A DNA stretch of 64,000 nucleotides, taken from the sequence record MT939240.1, one strand, 5' to 3'. The DNA comes from Enterococcus phage 9181. The translations under genes and the position numbers were made by a program. The notes beneath the pieces were generated by a model. The model saw only the letters and a list, made by a program, of their open reading frames with translations. It searched no databases and was not told the DNA's origin. Positions 9,817 through 18,695 of the stretch are shown here, in pieces. The stretch's first letter is position 1; the number at the start of each line of letters is the position of its first letter.

Positions 9817-10065
9817 ATGGATAGAGAAGAATTAGAAGACTTGATTGACAGTTTACAGGCACAGCTTGACGAGGCACAGGACGACCTAAACGACGTAGAG
9901 GACGAGCTTTACGAAGCTGAGGAAGCTTTAGAAGAAGCAGAAGAAGCTGTCCTACAAGCTGAGAATTGGAAGGACAACATCCTTGACACTATCGAAGACC
10001 TTGAACAGCAACTCGAAGATGCCCAAGGAGAACTTGATGACCTTGAGGAAGAGGAGGACGAATAG
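9817..10065 (+). CDS. extremely acidic coiled-coil protein (candidate DNA mimic)
   Basis: AAGGAGG RBS; 82 aa with about 45% Asp/Glu; heptad-like LEE repeats. Confidence 0.5.
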   Translation: MDREELEDLIDSLQAQLDEAQDDLNDVEDELYEAEEALEEAEEAVLQAENWKDNILDTIEDLEQQLEDAQGELDDLEEEEDE

Positions 10066-10394
10066 TGAAGCCTGTATTCGAACCATGGAAAGACAGAATC
10101 ATTATAGGATCAAACATCTATGGAGAGAAGCACCTAGCTTTCATCGGAGGTGTAAATTGGGATGAGGAGTTAGAAGAATTTGTATATACCACAGAAGACG
10201 ATTCTAGTGCATTCACCGAATCATACCTAATAGAAGAAGGAATAGTCTTAGTTGATAGAAATTACGAAACCACTAACGACCTTAAGGAGAGAATTGACGA
10301 GCTTTTGATAGAAAACTCTAACAAGAGTCGTATCATCAGGAACCTAAAGACCCGTCTAATTGAAATTCAAAGTATTGCAAAAGCAGTTTTATAA
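10065..10394 (+). CDS. hypothetical protein
   Basis: GTG start after GAGGAGGA; 109 aa. Confidence 0.4.
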   Translation: MKPVFEPWKDRIIIGSNIYGEKHLAFIGGVNWDEELEEFVYTTEDDSSAFTESYLIEEGIVLVDRNYETTNDLKERIDELLIENSNKSRIIRNLKTRLIEIQSIAKAVL

Positions 10395-10416
10395 ACAAAG
10401 GAAGAGGGATGTAAAT

Positions 10417-10947
10417 ATGGCAGTAAAGAAATCAGAGATTAAGAACTTAGTACAAAACGAGTGGAACAAGAAAGTTAACGCACTTCGCAAAGACCGTAAT
10501 GAGGCAACACACCGTCACGAAAGAGAACAACTAAAGCCATACGAAACCTTATTCAAAGAGGTGTTTGAAGCTGAAAACAAATACACAGAAGCTCTTAATA
10601 AGGTTGCTGAGAAGTTAACCGAAGATGAGATTCGCATTTATGGATTCACTTATTTACGTTCTCCCCAATACGGCACAGACTTCGAACGCAACATGGAGAA
10701 GATAGTTCAAGACCTTTACAATGGAGCAATCAAAGGAACAGAAGCCGTTGCTCAACCGTACGAAGAAGAGATTAGCAAGATCAATGAAGCCTACCGAGGA
10801 GTTATGTCAAACGTGATCCAACTATCTCCTAAGAAAGGTTTAGACTATATCATTAAGATGGGATTTGACGTTACTTCCATCACACCAACCACAGCAGAAG
10901 TTCCAATGGTGGTTGTCGATCCAGAAGCTCTTAAATTAGATAAATAG
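10417..10947 (+). CDS. hypothetical protein
   Basis: ATG at 10417 after AAGGAAGAGGGA; the ORF-track start at 10360 is probably too early. Confidence 0.45.
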   Translation: MAVKKSEIKNLVQNEWNKKVNALRKDRNEATHRHEREQLKPYETLFKEVFEAENKYTEALNKVAEKLTEDEIRIYGFTYLRSPQYGTDFERNMEKIVQDLYNGAIKGTEAVAQPYEEEISKINEAYRGVMSNVIQLSPKKGLDYIIKMGFDVTSITPTTAEVPMVVVDPEALKLDK

Positions 10948-10983
10948 TCAGGGGTATAACTTTGACACAAAGCCTTCTAATGC

Positions 10984-11012
10984 TTGACATTAGGGGCTTT
11001 TTGTGCTATAAT
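10984..11012 (+). promoter_or_regulatory. sigma-A-type promoter (TTGACA, 17-nt spacer, TATAAT)
   Basis: Perfect consensus hexamers, preceded by a hairpin and T-run. Confidence 0.6.
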
Positions 11013-11041
11013 TAGCAAGTAAACTATAGGAGGTAGAGAAC

Positions 11042-11389
11042 TTGATTGAACAGTGGAGATACCTATATTACCAAGGGGTACTTTCAGATACATACGAAGT
11101 AAGTTCCTTTGGCAATATACGAAACGCCAAGAGCAAGAAGCTATTAAAACCACAGTACACCGGCTATGCCCACGTACGCATCAACCACAACGGACGAGTT
11201 CAAAACATACGACTTCATCGAGCAGTTGCTTCAACCTTTCTTCGAAAACTTGACACCGACAGCGTAGTAAACCACATTAACAATGATAAAACAGATAACC
11301 GTGTATGCAACTTAGAATGGATTTCCCAAGCCATGAACGTTCGCAACTCACTAATGACTAGGGGGATTTTAAATGAAGAAGCCATCTAA
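11042..11389 (+). CDS. HNH homing endonuclease
   Basis: TTG start after AGGAGG; N-terminal YEVSSFGNIRN motif; HRAV...NHINNDKTDNRVCNLEW HNH motif. Confidence 0.65.
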   Translation: MIEQWRYLYYQGVLSDTYEVSSFGNIRNAKSKKLLKPQYTGYAHVRINHNGRVQNIRLHRAVASTFLRKLDTDSVVNHINNDKTDNRVCNLEWISQAMNVRNSLMTRGILNEEAI

Positions 11390-12425
11390 GGGGCTAGCAG
11401 CCGTCACAGCACAAACAGGAGAGACTTATGAATACTCTCTCGAAGATAAAATGGCACAAGTATTTACAGAGCAATTTGACAAGTTCTGTGAAAGAGGTAT
11501 GGATACCGACGAAGAACTAACTAAATGGCTTTACATACAATACTTAGATGTACTGGGTATTAACCCACTTAAAGAAGTCCAAGACGAAATGGTATTCTTT
11601 AGAAGTTCCTCGACAGGATCGTGCCTACGTGAACAAACCATGAAAGTAATTGACTTTATGGAAGGTACTAAGAAGTCCGATCCAAGAGGTCACAAACAAC
11701 CGCATCAAACAAGATGGACAGCCCTTGGTACAGCAGGCGGAGACGTGATGCAATTCTTTGTACTTCTTATGGAGAAACATTATGAGCGCCTTGTAGGAGA
11801 ACCATTCGCATTCCGATTTGAACGTGATGAAGTAGGACATCCAATGTTTGAGCAATTCACCACAACTTACAAAGCATTTAAGAGTGGGAATATGCAGTGG
11901 GCTACAGGAGGTTCCGTAGATGGTATTATGGTATTCACTGACCCTGATACAGGTAAAGAACATCGTGTAGGACTTGAGATTAAGTCTAAACAAACATCAG
12001 CAGCTAGAACTTCTTTATACTCAATGAAAGAGCCAGACAAGAAGCACGTATGGCAAGTTAAGAACTACGCCATGTTACATGACTTGGAAAGCTACTTGAT
12101 TGTCTACTTAAACTTCTCTCACAAGACATGGGAATACACCCCAGAAGACTACACTAAAACCCCAGACTTCCGAGTATTTGGTATTCACATTACAGAAGAC
12201 GATAAAAAAGAGGTAACAGAACGTTTCTGGACAGCCGTTGAACACGCCCATGCAGGTACCTTCCCAGAGTTAGACCTTTCATCATGGACATTCAATGATT
12301 ACAAAGTAGCTTGTGCCAAGAGTCTTACCTTAAAAGAGCTTGATCGCTTAGATAAGATTGCTGTTGGCAAGTTCCAAGAACAAGCATTGCAAGAGATTTA
12401 TGACATCAGGGAGGCTTTCAGATAA
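11373..12425 (+). CDS. putative PD-(D/E)XK exonuclease (YqaJ/lambda-exo-like)
   Basis: D...GLEIKSK motif resembling the D-x-n-E-x-K catalytic core; 350 aa; lies in the replication/recombination neighbourhood. Confidence 0.45.
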   Translation: MKKPSKGLAAVTAQTGETYEYSLEDKMAQVFTEQFDKFCERGMDTDEELTKWLYIQYLDVLGINPLKEVQDEMVFFRSSSTGSCLREQTMKVIDFMEGTKKSDPRGHKQPHQTRWTALGTAGGDVMQFFVLLMEKHYERLVGEPFAFRFERDEVGHPMFEQFTTTYKAFKSGNMQWATGGSVDGIMVFTDPDTGKEHRVGLEIKSKQTSAARTSLYSMKEPDKKHVWQVKNYAMLHDLESYLIVYLNFSHKTWEYTPEDYTKTPDFRVFGIHITEDDKKEVTERFWTAVEHAHAGTFPELDLSSWTFNDYKVACAKSLTLKELDRLDKIAVGKFQEQALQEIYDIREAFR

Positions 12426-12754
12426 TGGAGAATAAATACTACAGAACGCTAGTCATTCACGCCATCAAGAACGACTACGCAACCGAGTGGGAACTTTACT
12501 TAGACCTTGACCTAGAGGGTTACGACAGCCTTATGGTATATCTCATGGATGCTGTTAACAACGCCCATGACGATGCTTATGAAAAGATTGTTGAACTGCC
12601 TGACATGACAGGCTGTGTTAAATACATTGATGCATCACTTATTACAGACTTTACACTTTCAGCAAACATTTCTAAAGAGGAAATGGAAGAAATGGTAGCA
12701 GACGCTTTAGGACTTGACGAATTTTATGACGACGAGGAGGAAGATTTATGGTAA
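12425..12754 (+). CDS. acidic hypothetical protein
   Basis: ATGG overlap with the upstream stop; acidic C-terminus DEFYDDEEEDLW. Confidence 0.4.
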   Translation: MENKYYRTLVIHAIKNDYATEWELYLDLDLEGYDSLMVYLMDAVNNAHDDAYEKIVELPDMTGCVKYIDASLITDFTLSANISKEEMEEMVADALGLDEFYDDEEEDLW

Positions 12755-13314
12755 GATATTTAGGACTTGATGTGAGCTCGGTTGCCACGGGTGTTGCGGT
12801 GGTGGACAGAGCCCCTGATGGCTCCCTTACCAAGGTAGTAACAGACGTCATCACAACTTCCTCTAAGCAAGAGATTGGCAAGCGCCTAGTGCTCTTTGCA
12901 GAAACACTTCAAGGATTCTTCGATGAATATCAACCAGATTATGTGATCCGTGAGGAAACCATTAACAACCGTGCTTCTAACGCCATCTTATTTAAGTTCT
13001 TAGGAGTGGCTCAATTCCTAGCATGCAACAATGGTCATCAAAAGACTTACGAGTATTATCCTACAACTATCAAGAAGGAAGTCACAGGCGCTGGCAGAGC
13101 TTCTAAGGAGACTGTTGCCAAGTGTGCACAACAATACTTTAGAGAAGACTTATCGGAGCTCACAGACGACGAGACGGACGCTATTGCATCTATCTTAACA
13201 CACCTTTCCAAAACATCCATCATAACAACTGTAGAAGATTATGACAACCTACAGGAACACGACTCAGAACAACAACAACTTGTAGAGGGGTACGAGAATG
13301 GGACTATCCAATAG
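12748..13314 (+). CDS. ruvC: RuvC-like Holliday junction resolvase
   Basis: N-terminal YLGLDVSSVATGVAVVD, comparable to RuvC ILGIDPGSRVTGYGV; 188 aa. Confidence 0.75.
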   Translation: MVRYLGLDVSSVATGVAVVDRAPDGSLTKVVTDVITTSSKQEIGKRLVLFAETLQGFFDEYQPDYVIREETINNRASNAILFKFLGVAQFLACNNGHQKTYEYYPTTIKKEVTGAGRASKETVAKCAQQYFREDLSELTDDETDAIASILTHLSKTSIITTVEDYDNLQEHDSEQQQLVEGYENGTIQ

Positions 13315-13888
13315 CAAACAGATACGAATTGCAATTTCTGGAAAAAGCCGTTCAGGGAAAGATACTTTGGCTGATGCTATCAAGGCAGAATTTAAGCGTC
13401 AGGGAAAGACAGTTATCCCATTAGCTTTTGCAGATGGCATTAAAGAAATATATAAACAGAACTTCCGATATGTTAAAACCGACTGCAAACCTCGTGAAGC
13501 CTATATTACCATTGGAGAAGCCTTCCGTGCAGTAGATGAAAACGTGTGGGTTGAACGCCTTAAAGGACGTGTCGAAGAGAGCTACCAATGGGATGTAGTC
13601 ATCGTGACAGACCTTCGCAGAAAGAACGAAGAGGAATACCTAAAGGATGCTGGATTCACAACCATCTTAGTAGATTCCTCAGATGAGATTAGAATCGCCC
13701 GTGCCAAGGCTTTAGGAGAGCATTTAGAGGCTTCTAATGCAGGCGATGATGAAGTAGATTTATTAACACCTGATATAACTATCCATAATGACAACGACGT
13801 TCGAGACTGGTCAGCACCTGCTCAAAGAATCGTAGAACAAATCAGAGAGGTGGCTACCATTAATGGATACCAACGAACAAAGAATTAA
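13298..13888 (+). CDS. deoxynucleoside monophosphate kinase (P-loop)
   Basis: IAISGKSRSGKDT P-loop; 196 aa; next to other nucleotide-metabolism genes. Confidence 0.5.
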   Translation: MGLSNSKQIRIAISGKSRSGKDTLADAIKAEFKRQGKTVIPLAFADGIKEIYKQNFRYVKTDCKPREAYITIGEAFRAVDENVWVERLKGRVEESYQWDVVIVTDLRRKNEEEYLKDAGFTTILVDSSDEIRIARAKALGEHLEASNAGDDEVDLLTPDITIHNDNDVRDWSAPAQRIVEQIREVATINGYQRTKN

Positions 13889-14594
13889 ACCAAGCAAGAT
13901 TAAAGGAAATAGCCAGAACCGTGTATTAAAGGATGGAAGCGAGATTCGATATGACCTCCCCCTTTACCGCCAGATCACAGAGGCAGCTAATACACGACTT
14001 TTCTCAAAGGCTGTACAATACTTAATCGAAAGCAAACTTTATAAAGTCTTCCTACCACGGGAAGTACGAGAAGAGTTTGTAAATGACATAACCGAAATCT
14101 ATTACCGCAAGTTTGGATACTTGTCAGTGATGGATGACGCCTTGACCAATTCCTTAGCCGAATACTTCTTACATAACGACGTTAAAGTAATGCCTGACTA
14201 CACCGTTAAACGACCTGATTGTAACTTCTTTGAATATCCTTTCGAGGGACATCGAATGAGACTTCGTAATCACATGTCTCCATACCGCTTCGAAGTTCCT
14301 GTGGATACAGACTTCAACGAAATGCTCTTCAACGAAAACCTATTTTCAGATTCAACCCCAGAAGACGACTTAACACGAGTCGATGAGACCCTTGACATTA
14401 CACAAGCATTTGAATTAGCTGACTTAACAAAGTTAGAGCAAGACATCGTATGGCTTAACTCAGTGGTTGGAATGAGCCTCAGAGATATTGCTGACCTAAG
14501 CGATGAGTTTCCTAGTAAATCAGCCCTTTCATATAAGCTTAAGGAAGCTAAAGACAAGCTCAGAAAAGCTGTTGAAAAACACCAACTAAAATAA
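13863..14594 (+). CDS. sigma-70 region-4-like transcription regulator (putative phage sigma factor)
   Basis: C-terminal LEQDIVWLNSVVGMSLRDIADL...KLKEAKDKLRKA matches the sigma region 4 helix-turn-helix pattern. Confidence 0.45.
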   Translation: MDTNEQRIKPSKIKGNSQNRVLKDGSEIRYDLPLYRQITEAANTRLFSKAVQYLIESKLYKVFLPREVREEFVNDITEIYYRKFGYLSVMDDALTNSLAEYFLHNDVKVMPDYTVKRPDCNFFEYPFEGHRMRLRNHMSPYRFEVPVDTDFNEMLFNENLFSDSTPEDDLTRVDETLDITQAFELADLTKLEQDIVWLNSVVGMSLRDIADLSDEFPSKSALSYKLKEAKDKLRKAVEKHQLK

Positions 14595-14599
14595 TCTAA

Positions 14600-14628
14600 A
14601 AATCCCTTGACAAGTTCAGGGGGTTTTT
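14600..14628 (+). terminator. intrinsic terminator (ccct...aggg hairpin plus T-run) overlapping the promoter
   Basis: aatCCCTtgacaagttcAGGGggttttt. Confidence 0.55.
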
Positions 14629-14636
14629 GCTATACT
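14607..14636 (+). promoter_or_regulatory. sigma-A-type promoter (TTGACA, 18-nt spacer, TATACT)
   Basis: Near-identical copy of the 6509 promoter module. Confidence 0.6.
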
Positions 14637-14664
14637 TGTTTAAGTAGTCGAGAGGAGGAAAGAA

Positions 14665-14880
14665 ATGTACCTTGTATTTTATAAATACGGAGAAGATTTG
14701 AAACCCCACTTTTTAGGAGCTTACAACTCCTACACAGAAGCACGTAATAGTGCAATAGTTTCCGCTTCTTTTAAAACAGATACTGCCACGTTTAAAATTA
14801 TTTCAGTAGTGATTGACTTAGACTCTGAGGACAGTCCATGGAAAGACAAGAAAGAACTTGTGTGGGAGGGGCGTGATTAA
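14665..14880 (+). CDS. hypothetical protein
   Basis: GAGAGGAGGA RBS; 71 aa. Confidence 0.4.
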   Translation: MYLVFYKYGEDLKPHFLGAYNSYTEARNSAIVSASFKTDTATFKIISVVIDLDSEDSPWKDKKELVWEGRD

Positions 14881-15107
14881 TGGGTATTCTTAAAGAGTTC
14901 ATAGCTGCGTTCGTAGAAACATTCCTAGAAGCATTAATTGGTTGTGTATTCGCCATAGCAATAACCGCACTACTCATTGGATACTTCTGGCTTATGTTAT
15001 CAGTAGCTAAAAGCTTTTCATGGTTCACTACAGTAATTGTGTGTTCATTTTTAACAAGTGTTTTAGTAGCCATCCTCGGAGCACTAGTAGAAATATTTGG
15101 ATATTAA
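14880..15107 (+). CDS. small membrane protein
   Basis: ATGG overlap; two TM helices. Confidence 0.4.
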   Translation: MGILKEFIAAFVETFLEALIGCVFAIAITALLIGYFWLMLSVAKSFSWFTTVIVCSFLTSVLVAILGALVEIFGY

Positions 15108-15119
15108 AGCGGAAAGGAT

Positions 15120-15926
15120 TTGATTATGATTTTAACATTGGCAGGCGTAATCGGAGTTGGTAAATCTTCGATGACACAATTATTAGCGGACTTATTAGAC
15201 ACCGAGGCGGTGTATGAGCCCGTTGATAACAATCCATTTTTAAAGAAATTCTATGAGGACAAAAGTAAATACGGGTTCTTATTCCAGATAGACATGCTAT
15301 CTAAAAGGTTTGAAATGATTCAGACAGCCATGAGCGTTAACAATGGCATCTTGGATCGTTCCGTGTACGAGGATAGCATCTTCTTAGATCAACTCTATCA
15401 AGAAGGTCAAGTAACAGACCTTGAACAAGAGGTTTACCACAACCTATTAAACCGCATGCTGAAAGAATTGGAGCCACTTCCTAAGAAGTCTCCAGACTTA
15501 ATGATTGTTCTTAACTGCACGTTTGATGAAGAAATTAGACGTATCAATTCACGAGCTAGAGAGTTTGAAAAGGTGGAAGAAGGCACTGAGCTATATGAGT
15601 ACTTCAAACTCCATCACGAGAACTATCAGAAGTGGATTGAGAAAGACTTGAACTTCCCCAAAATAGTCTTGGACGTCACTAATAAAGATTTTGTAAATAA
15701 CCCCAAACACCAACTAGAATTGTTGACAACTATCTTGGTAAAGCTTAACGAAGTAGGTGCATTGACAACTTTAGACACGGTACGTAAACTATGTGAGATC
15801 AATTCAGTACCTTGGGACAAAGACAATGCCCAAGCTTATGCCATGTACTTGTACAACAAACACGAAGGCAAGATGCCTTTCCACGAGCTTAGCCAATTCA
15901 CTGACAACACTTCATTATATGAATAA
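15120..15926 (+). CDS. deoxynucleoside kinase (dNK family)
   Basis: P-loop LAGVIGVGKSS; LDRSVYED (the DRS motif); 268 aa. Confidence 0.75.
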   Translation: MIMILTLAGVIGVGKSSMTQLLADLLDTEAVYEPVDNNPFLKKFYEDKSKYGFLFQIDMLSKRFEMIQTAMSVNNGILDRSVYEDSIFLDQLYQEGQVTDLEQEVYHNLLNRMLKELEPLPKKSPDLMIVLNCTFDEEIRRINSRAREFEKVEEGTELYEYFKLHHENYQKWIEKDLNFPKIVLDVTNKDFVNNPKHQLELLTTILVKLNEVGALTTLDTVRKLCEINSVPWDKDNAQAYAMYLYNKHEGKMPFHELSQFTDNTSLYE

Positions 15927-15982
15927 GCGCCATTTAACAGCGCATATGCAACATTAAAATTATTGGAAGAAGGTATTTAATT

Positions 15983-16714
15983 TTGGAAAACATTACTAAA
16001 CTGTTCACTATCAACTACTACAAAAAAGGTCTATCAGGGTGGTCGAAATCCTCCTACACATTATTAACGATTGGCTTAATTATCCAAGCATTTATCGGAT
16101 TCGCTTTACCACTTGTTCAAGGTCAGCCAATCACTCTCACAGGAGTTACCGCCACTATTGCAGGGATGATAGGGTTCACTTGTACACTTGCTATTACTAA
16201 CGAGCGCTCCATTAATGGTATCCTAGGGTTTATCTCAGCACTTCTTTTAATTGGTGTTGCCACAACTACAGGAAACTATTCAGACATTATTATGCAAGGT
16301 GCATACATTATTCTATTAGACATTCCAATTATCTTCTCCAAGCGTTGGAACAATGGATTAGAACCACGTAAGATGAATGTTAAGAACATGTTCGGAACAG
16401 TCGCTTTAATGATCTTATTCTTCATCGGACTTTATCTACTTGATACAGTTATCCTACACTCCCCACAAGCTTTACTAGATGCTTCAAGCGCTATGATCGG
16501 TTTAGTCGGAGCCGTCTTATGTGTTCGAGGATTCCGTGCTCAATACTACTTCTGGACTTTTCAAGGTCTTATGTCAGTAGCGTTATGGATTCAAACAGCA
16601 ATGAATGGTCACGCCGTTTGGGTTCTTATGGTAACTTACATGTTGTACCTAGGAAACGACTTGGTTGCATTCTTAGACTCAGGTTGGTTCAAAAAGAATA
16701 AAGCAAAAGCTTAA
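15983..16714 (+). CDS. PnuC-like nucleoside/nicotinamide-riboside transporter (multi-pass membrane)
   Basis: About 7 TM segments; Trp-rich C-terminal signature (WNNG, YYFWTFQG...ALWIQ, GWF) as in PnuC. Confidence 0.45.
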   Translation: MENITKLFTINYYKKGLSGWSKSSYTLLTIGLIIQAFIGFALPLVQGQPITLTGVTATIAGMIGFTCTLAITNERSINGILGFISALLLIGVATTTGNYSDIIMQGAYIILLDIPIIFSKRWNNGLEPRKMNVKNMFGTVALMILFFIGLYLLDTVILHSPQALLDASSAMIGLVGAVLCVRGFRAQYYFWTFQGLMSVALWIQTAMNGHAVWVLMVTYMLYLGNDLVAFLDSGWFKKNKAKA

Positions 16715-16720
16715 TAACAG

Positions 16721-16750
16721 AGGCTTGGGAATTATCCCAAGTCTTTTTAA
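16721..16750 (+). terminator. intrinsic terminator (cttggga-at-tcccaag plus T-run)
   Basis: Hairpin read directly from the sequence. Confidence 0.55.
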
Positions 16751-16758
16751 ATTTGTGC

Positions 16759-16788
16759 TTGACAGTTTTACTGTGGGCGTGGTATATT
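16759..16788 (+). promoter_or_regulatory. sigma-A-type promoter (TTGACA, 18-nt spacer, TGgTATATT)
   Basis: -35 at 16759-16764 and -10 at 16783-16788. Confidence 0.55.
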
Positions 16789-16815
16789 ATATACATCGAA
16801 AGGGGAAATGACCGA

Positions 16816-17205
16816 TTGAAAAAAGAACAAAAGAAATACTTTGTAGAGATTCCTGAATACTATGGAGAGGCTTCCTACGTTGACCAAGAAAAAGCGTTGC
16901 AAGACACACCAGAAAACCGTTTAGAGTTTCTTGCTAGCTCTTGGTTAGGTGGATATATTCAAGAAATGTTTGAAGAGTATGAATCCCTTGAAGAAATTTT
17001 AGAAGAATTGGATAGTGAGGTAGAAGACTTTGTGAGAGGCAAAACGGACATCCTTTCTGGCAGAGTTTATGGAGACCATGATGATCCTAATTATTGTACC
17101 ATCAAAGTTATCTCTTATGAAGAGCAGCTAGACAATATCTGGAGAGACTTCCACCATAAGCGTGAACAATTCTTTAAACTATTCCTTGAGGAGGACGCTT
17201 CATGA
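16816..17205 (+). CDS. acidic hypothetical protein
   Basis: Probable TTG start at 16816 after AAAGGGGA; the ORF-track start at 16753 overlaps the promoter. Confidence 0.35.
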   Translation: MKKEQKKYFVEIPEYYGEASYVDQEKALQDTPENRLEFLASSWLGGYIQEMFEEYESLEEILEELDSEVEDFVRGKTDILSGRVYGDHDDPNYCTIKVISYEEQLDNIWRDFHHKREQFFKLFLEEDAS

Positions 17206-17423
17206 TTAAAATTACTACAACAATCGCAGACGAACTTAGCAGCCTTATGAACGACTTGGATGAGATTAGAATCGACCGTAAAGAAATTACTTCAACTAAT
17301 GACAAATTGCGGAGACAGATTGAGGACAATGAGGAAGAATTGTTGACCTTACGTTGTGAGGAGCAATACAAGATTGAGCGAGTAATTGAAATAGAGAAGG
17401 GGTTGGGTATTAAACATGGATAA
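17202..17423 (+). CDS. hypothetical coiled-coil protein
   Basis: ATGA overlap; 73 aa. Confidence 0.35.
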   Translation: MIKITTTIADELSSLMNDLDEIRIDRKEITSTNDKLRRQIEDNEEELLTLRCEEQYKIERVIEIEKGLGIKHG

Positions 17424-17603
17424 AGAATACTTTTTAGAAGAGTTGGTAGACGGCGTGTTTAAGCTTGTTGAAAGTAGCGATGACTTTGGATACATTCAAG
17501 ATACTTTATCCACCTTAGTTAAAACTAGTGAAGACATTCCTCGCTACCGTGTCGTAGAGGCATGGGTAGACAAGTCTAGTATTTGGTGGTAGGAGGTAAA
17601 TAA

Positions 17604-17807
17604 ATGAGCTTATTTCAAGAAGGCGATAATATTACTAGTCGTAACCACAATGACAAAAGCTTCTCATATAAGATCATCGAAGTAGAGGTATCTAACAAGC
17701 CCCAACAAAGTATGTATTGGGTTGTCAACAATCGTTCGGGCGTTAAACTAAGATGTGCCCAACACGTCATAGATGGTAACTATAAACTTGTCGAGGAGGA
17801 CAATTAA
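17604..17807 (+). CDS. hypothetical protein
   Basis: GGAGG RBS; 67 aa. Confidence 0.4.
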   Translation: MSLFQEGDNITSRNHNDKSFSYKIIEVEVSNKPQQSMYWVVNNRSGVKLRCAQHVIDGNYKLVEEDN

Positions 17808-18226
17808 TGAAGTGCAAAGAATATGTTGTAAGGGGTACTGCCGATGGCAAGGACTTCGAATTAGGCTTTACGGGCACCAGTGATGAAGCCCTAGACAAAC
17901 GTATGATGGAAGAATATATCAACAACCGTTTCGCAGGGAAAGAACGGGAGTACAAAATGTTTGTTAAAGTAAGTAAGGTAGAGCCTCTTATCAAGCTTGG
18001 AGAGATTACACGCTTTTTAGATGAATATGACGATTTCCAAGTAACTTTAAACGGACAAGAAGTAGACCGCATTATGGACATTGAGGAATTGATAGAGGGT
18101 TATTCAAATTACTACTTAGGATATATTTCCTACGGCGCAGAAGACTATGGGGATATCATTTTTATGTACATTGATCTATTTGATAAAGAACACAAGGAGG
18201 ACTACATTCATGAAGTACAAATATAA
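17807..18226 (+). CDS. hypothetical protein
   Basis: ATGA overlap; 139 aa. Confidence 0.4.
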   Translation: MKCKEYVVRGTADGKDFELGFTGTSDEALDKRMMEEYINNRFAGKEREYKMFVKVSKVEPLIKLGEITRFLDEYDDFQVTLNGQEVDRIMDIEELIEGYSNYYLGYISYGAEDYGDIIFMYIDLFDKEHKEDYIHEVQI

Positions 18227-18695
18227 CTTTAAAAAAGGTGATGTTGTAAAGTGCGTAGATGTTGGAGCTAATGACCTCATCGCAGGCGGTTTGTATAAGG
18301 TGTTGAGTGATAGGATAACTAGTCATCCAGAAGAGCTACTTCATGTTGAGTGTATTAAAACGGGATCGACAGAAGCAGCCTTTGTAAGACGCTTTGAACA
18401 TATTAAAACAATGGACAATCATACAGAAACATTCCGTTTAGCTGAGCTAGAGTCTGTTGAAAGAGCTATTTTAATTGAGATTAGCCGATATGAAAAAGAA
18501 ATAAAGGAAGGTTTATTGTATCAACATGACCTATTCTTGAAGTATGGTAGGGATGCAGGAGTTGACTGGATCAGTGTTGATGACGTTGTGAACGCCCAAA
18601 GCAATAAGATGATGCTTGACAAAAAGCTTAAAGAGGTGCAGGGAGAGATCCAATCATTACGCCACAATATACTATTGGATGTGATATCATGCTGA
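18210..18695 (+). CDS. hypothetical protein with N-terminal SH3/KOW-like FKKGDVV module
   Basis: ATG at 18210 after AAGGAGGA. Confidence 0.45.
   Translation: MKYKYNFKKGDVVKCVDVGANDLIAGGLYKVLSDRITSHPEELLHVECIKTGSTEAAFVRRFEHIKTMDNHTETFRLAELESVERAILIEISRYEKEIKEGLLYQHDLFLKYGRDAGVDWISVDDVVNAQSNKMMLDKKLKEVQGEIQSLRHNILLDVISC

Noticed and set aside
16753-16815. ORF-track start of 16753..17205 at the ATG at 16753
   Set aside because: That ATG lies inside the -35/-10 of promoter 16759-16788, so it cannot be on the transcript. An in-frame TTG at 16816 after AAAGGGGA is the more plausible start.
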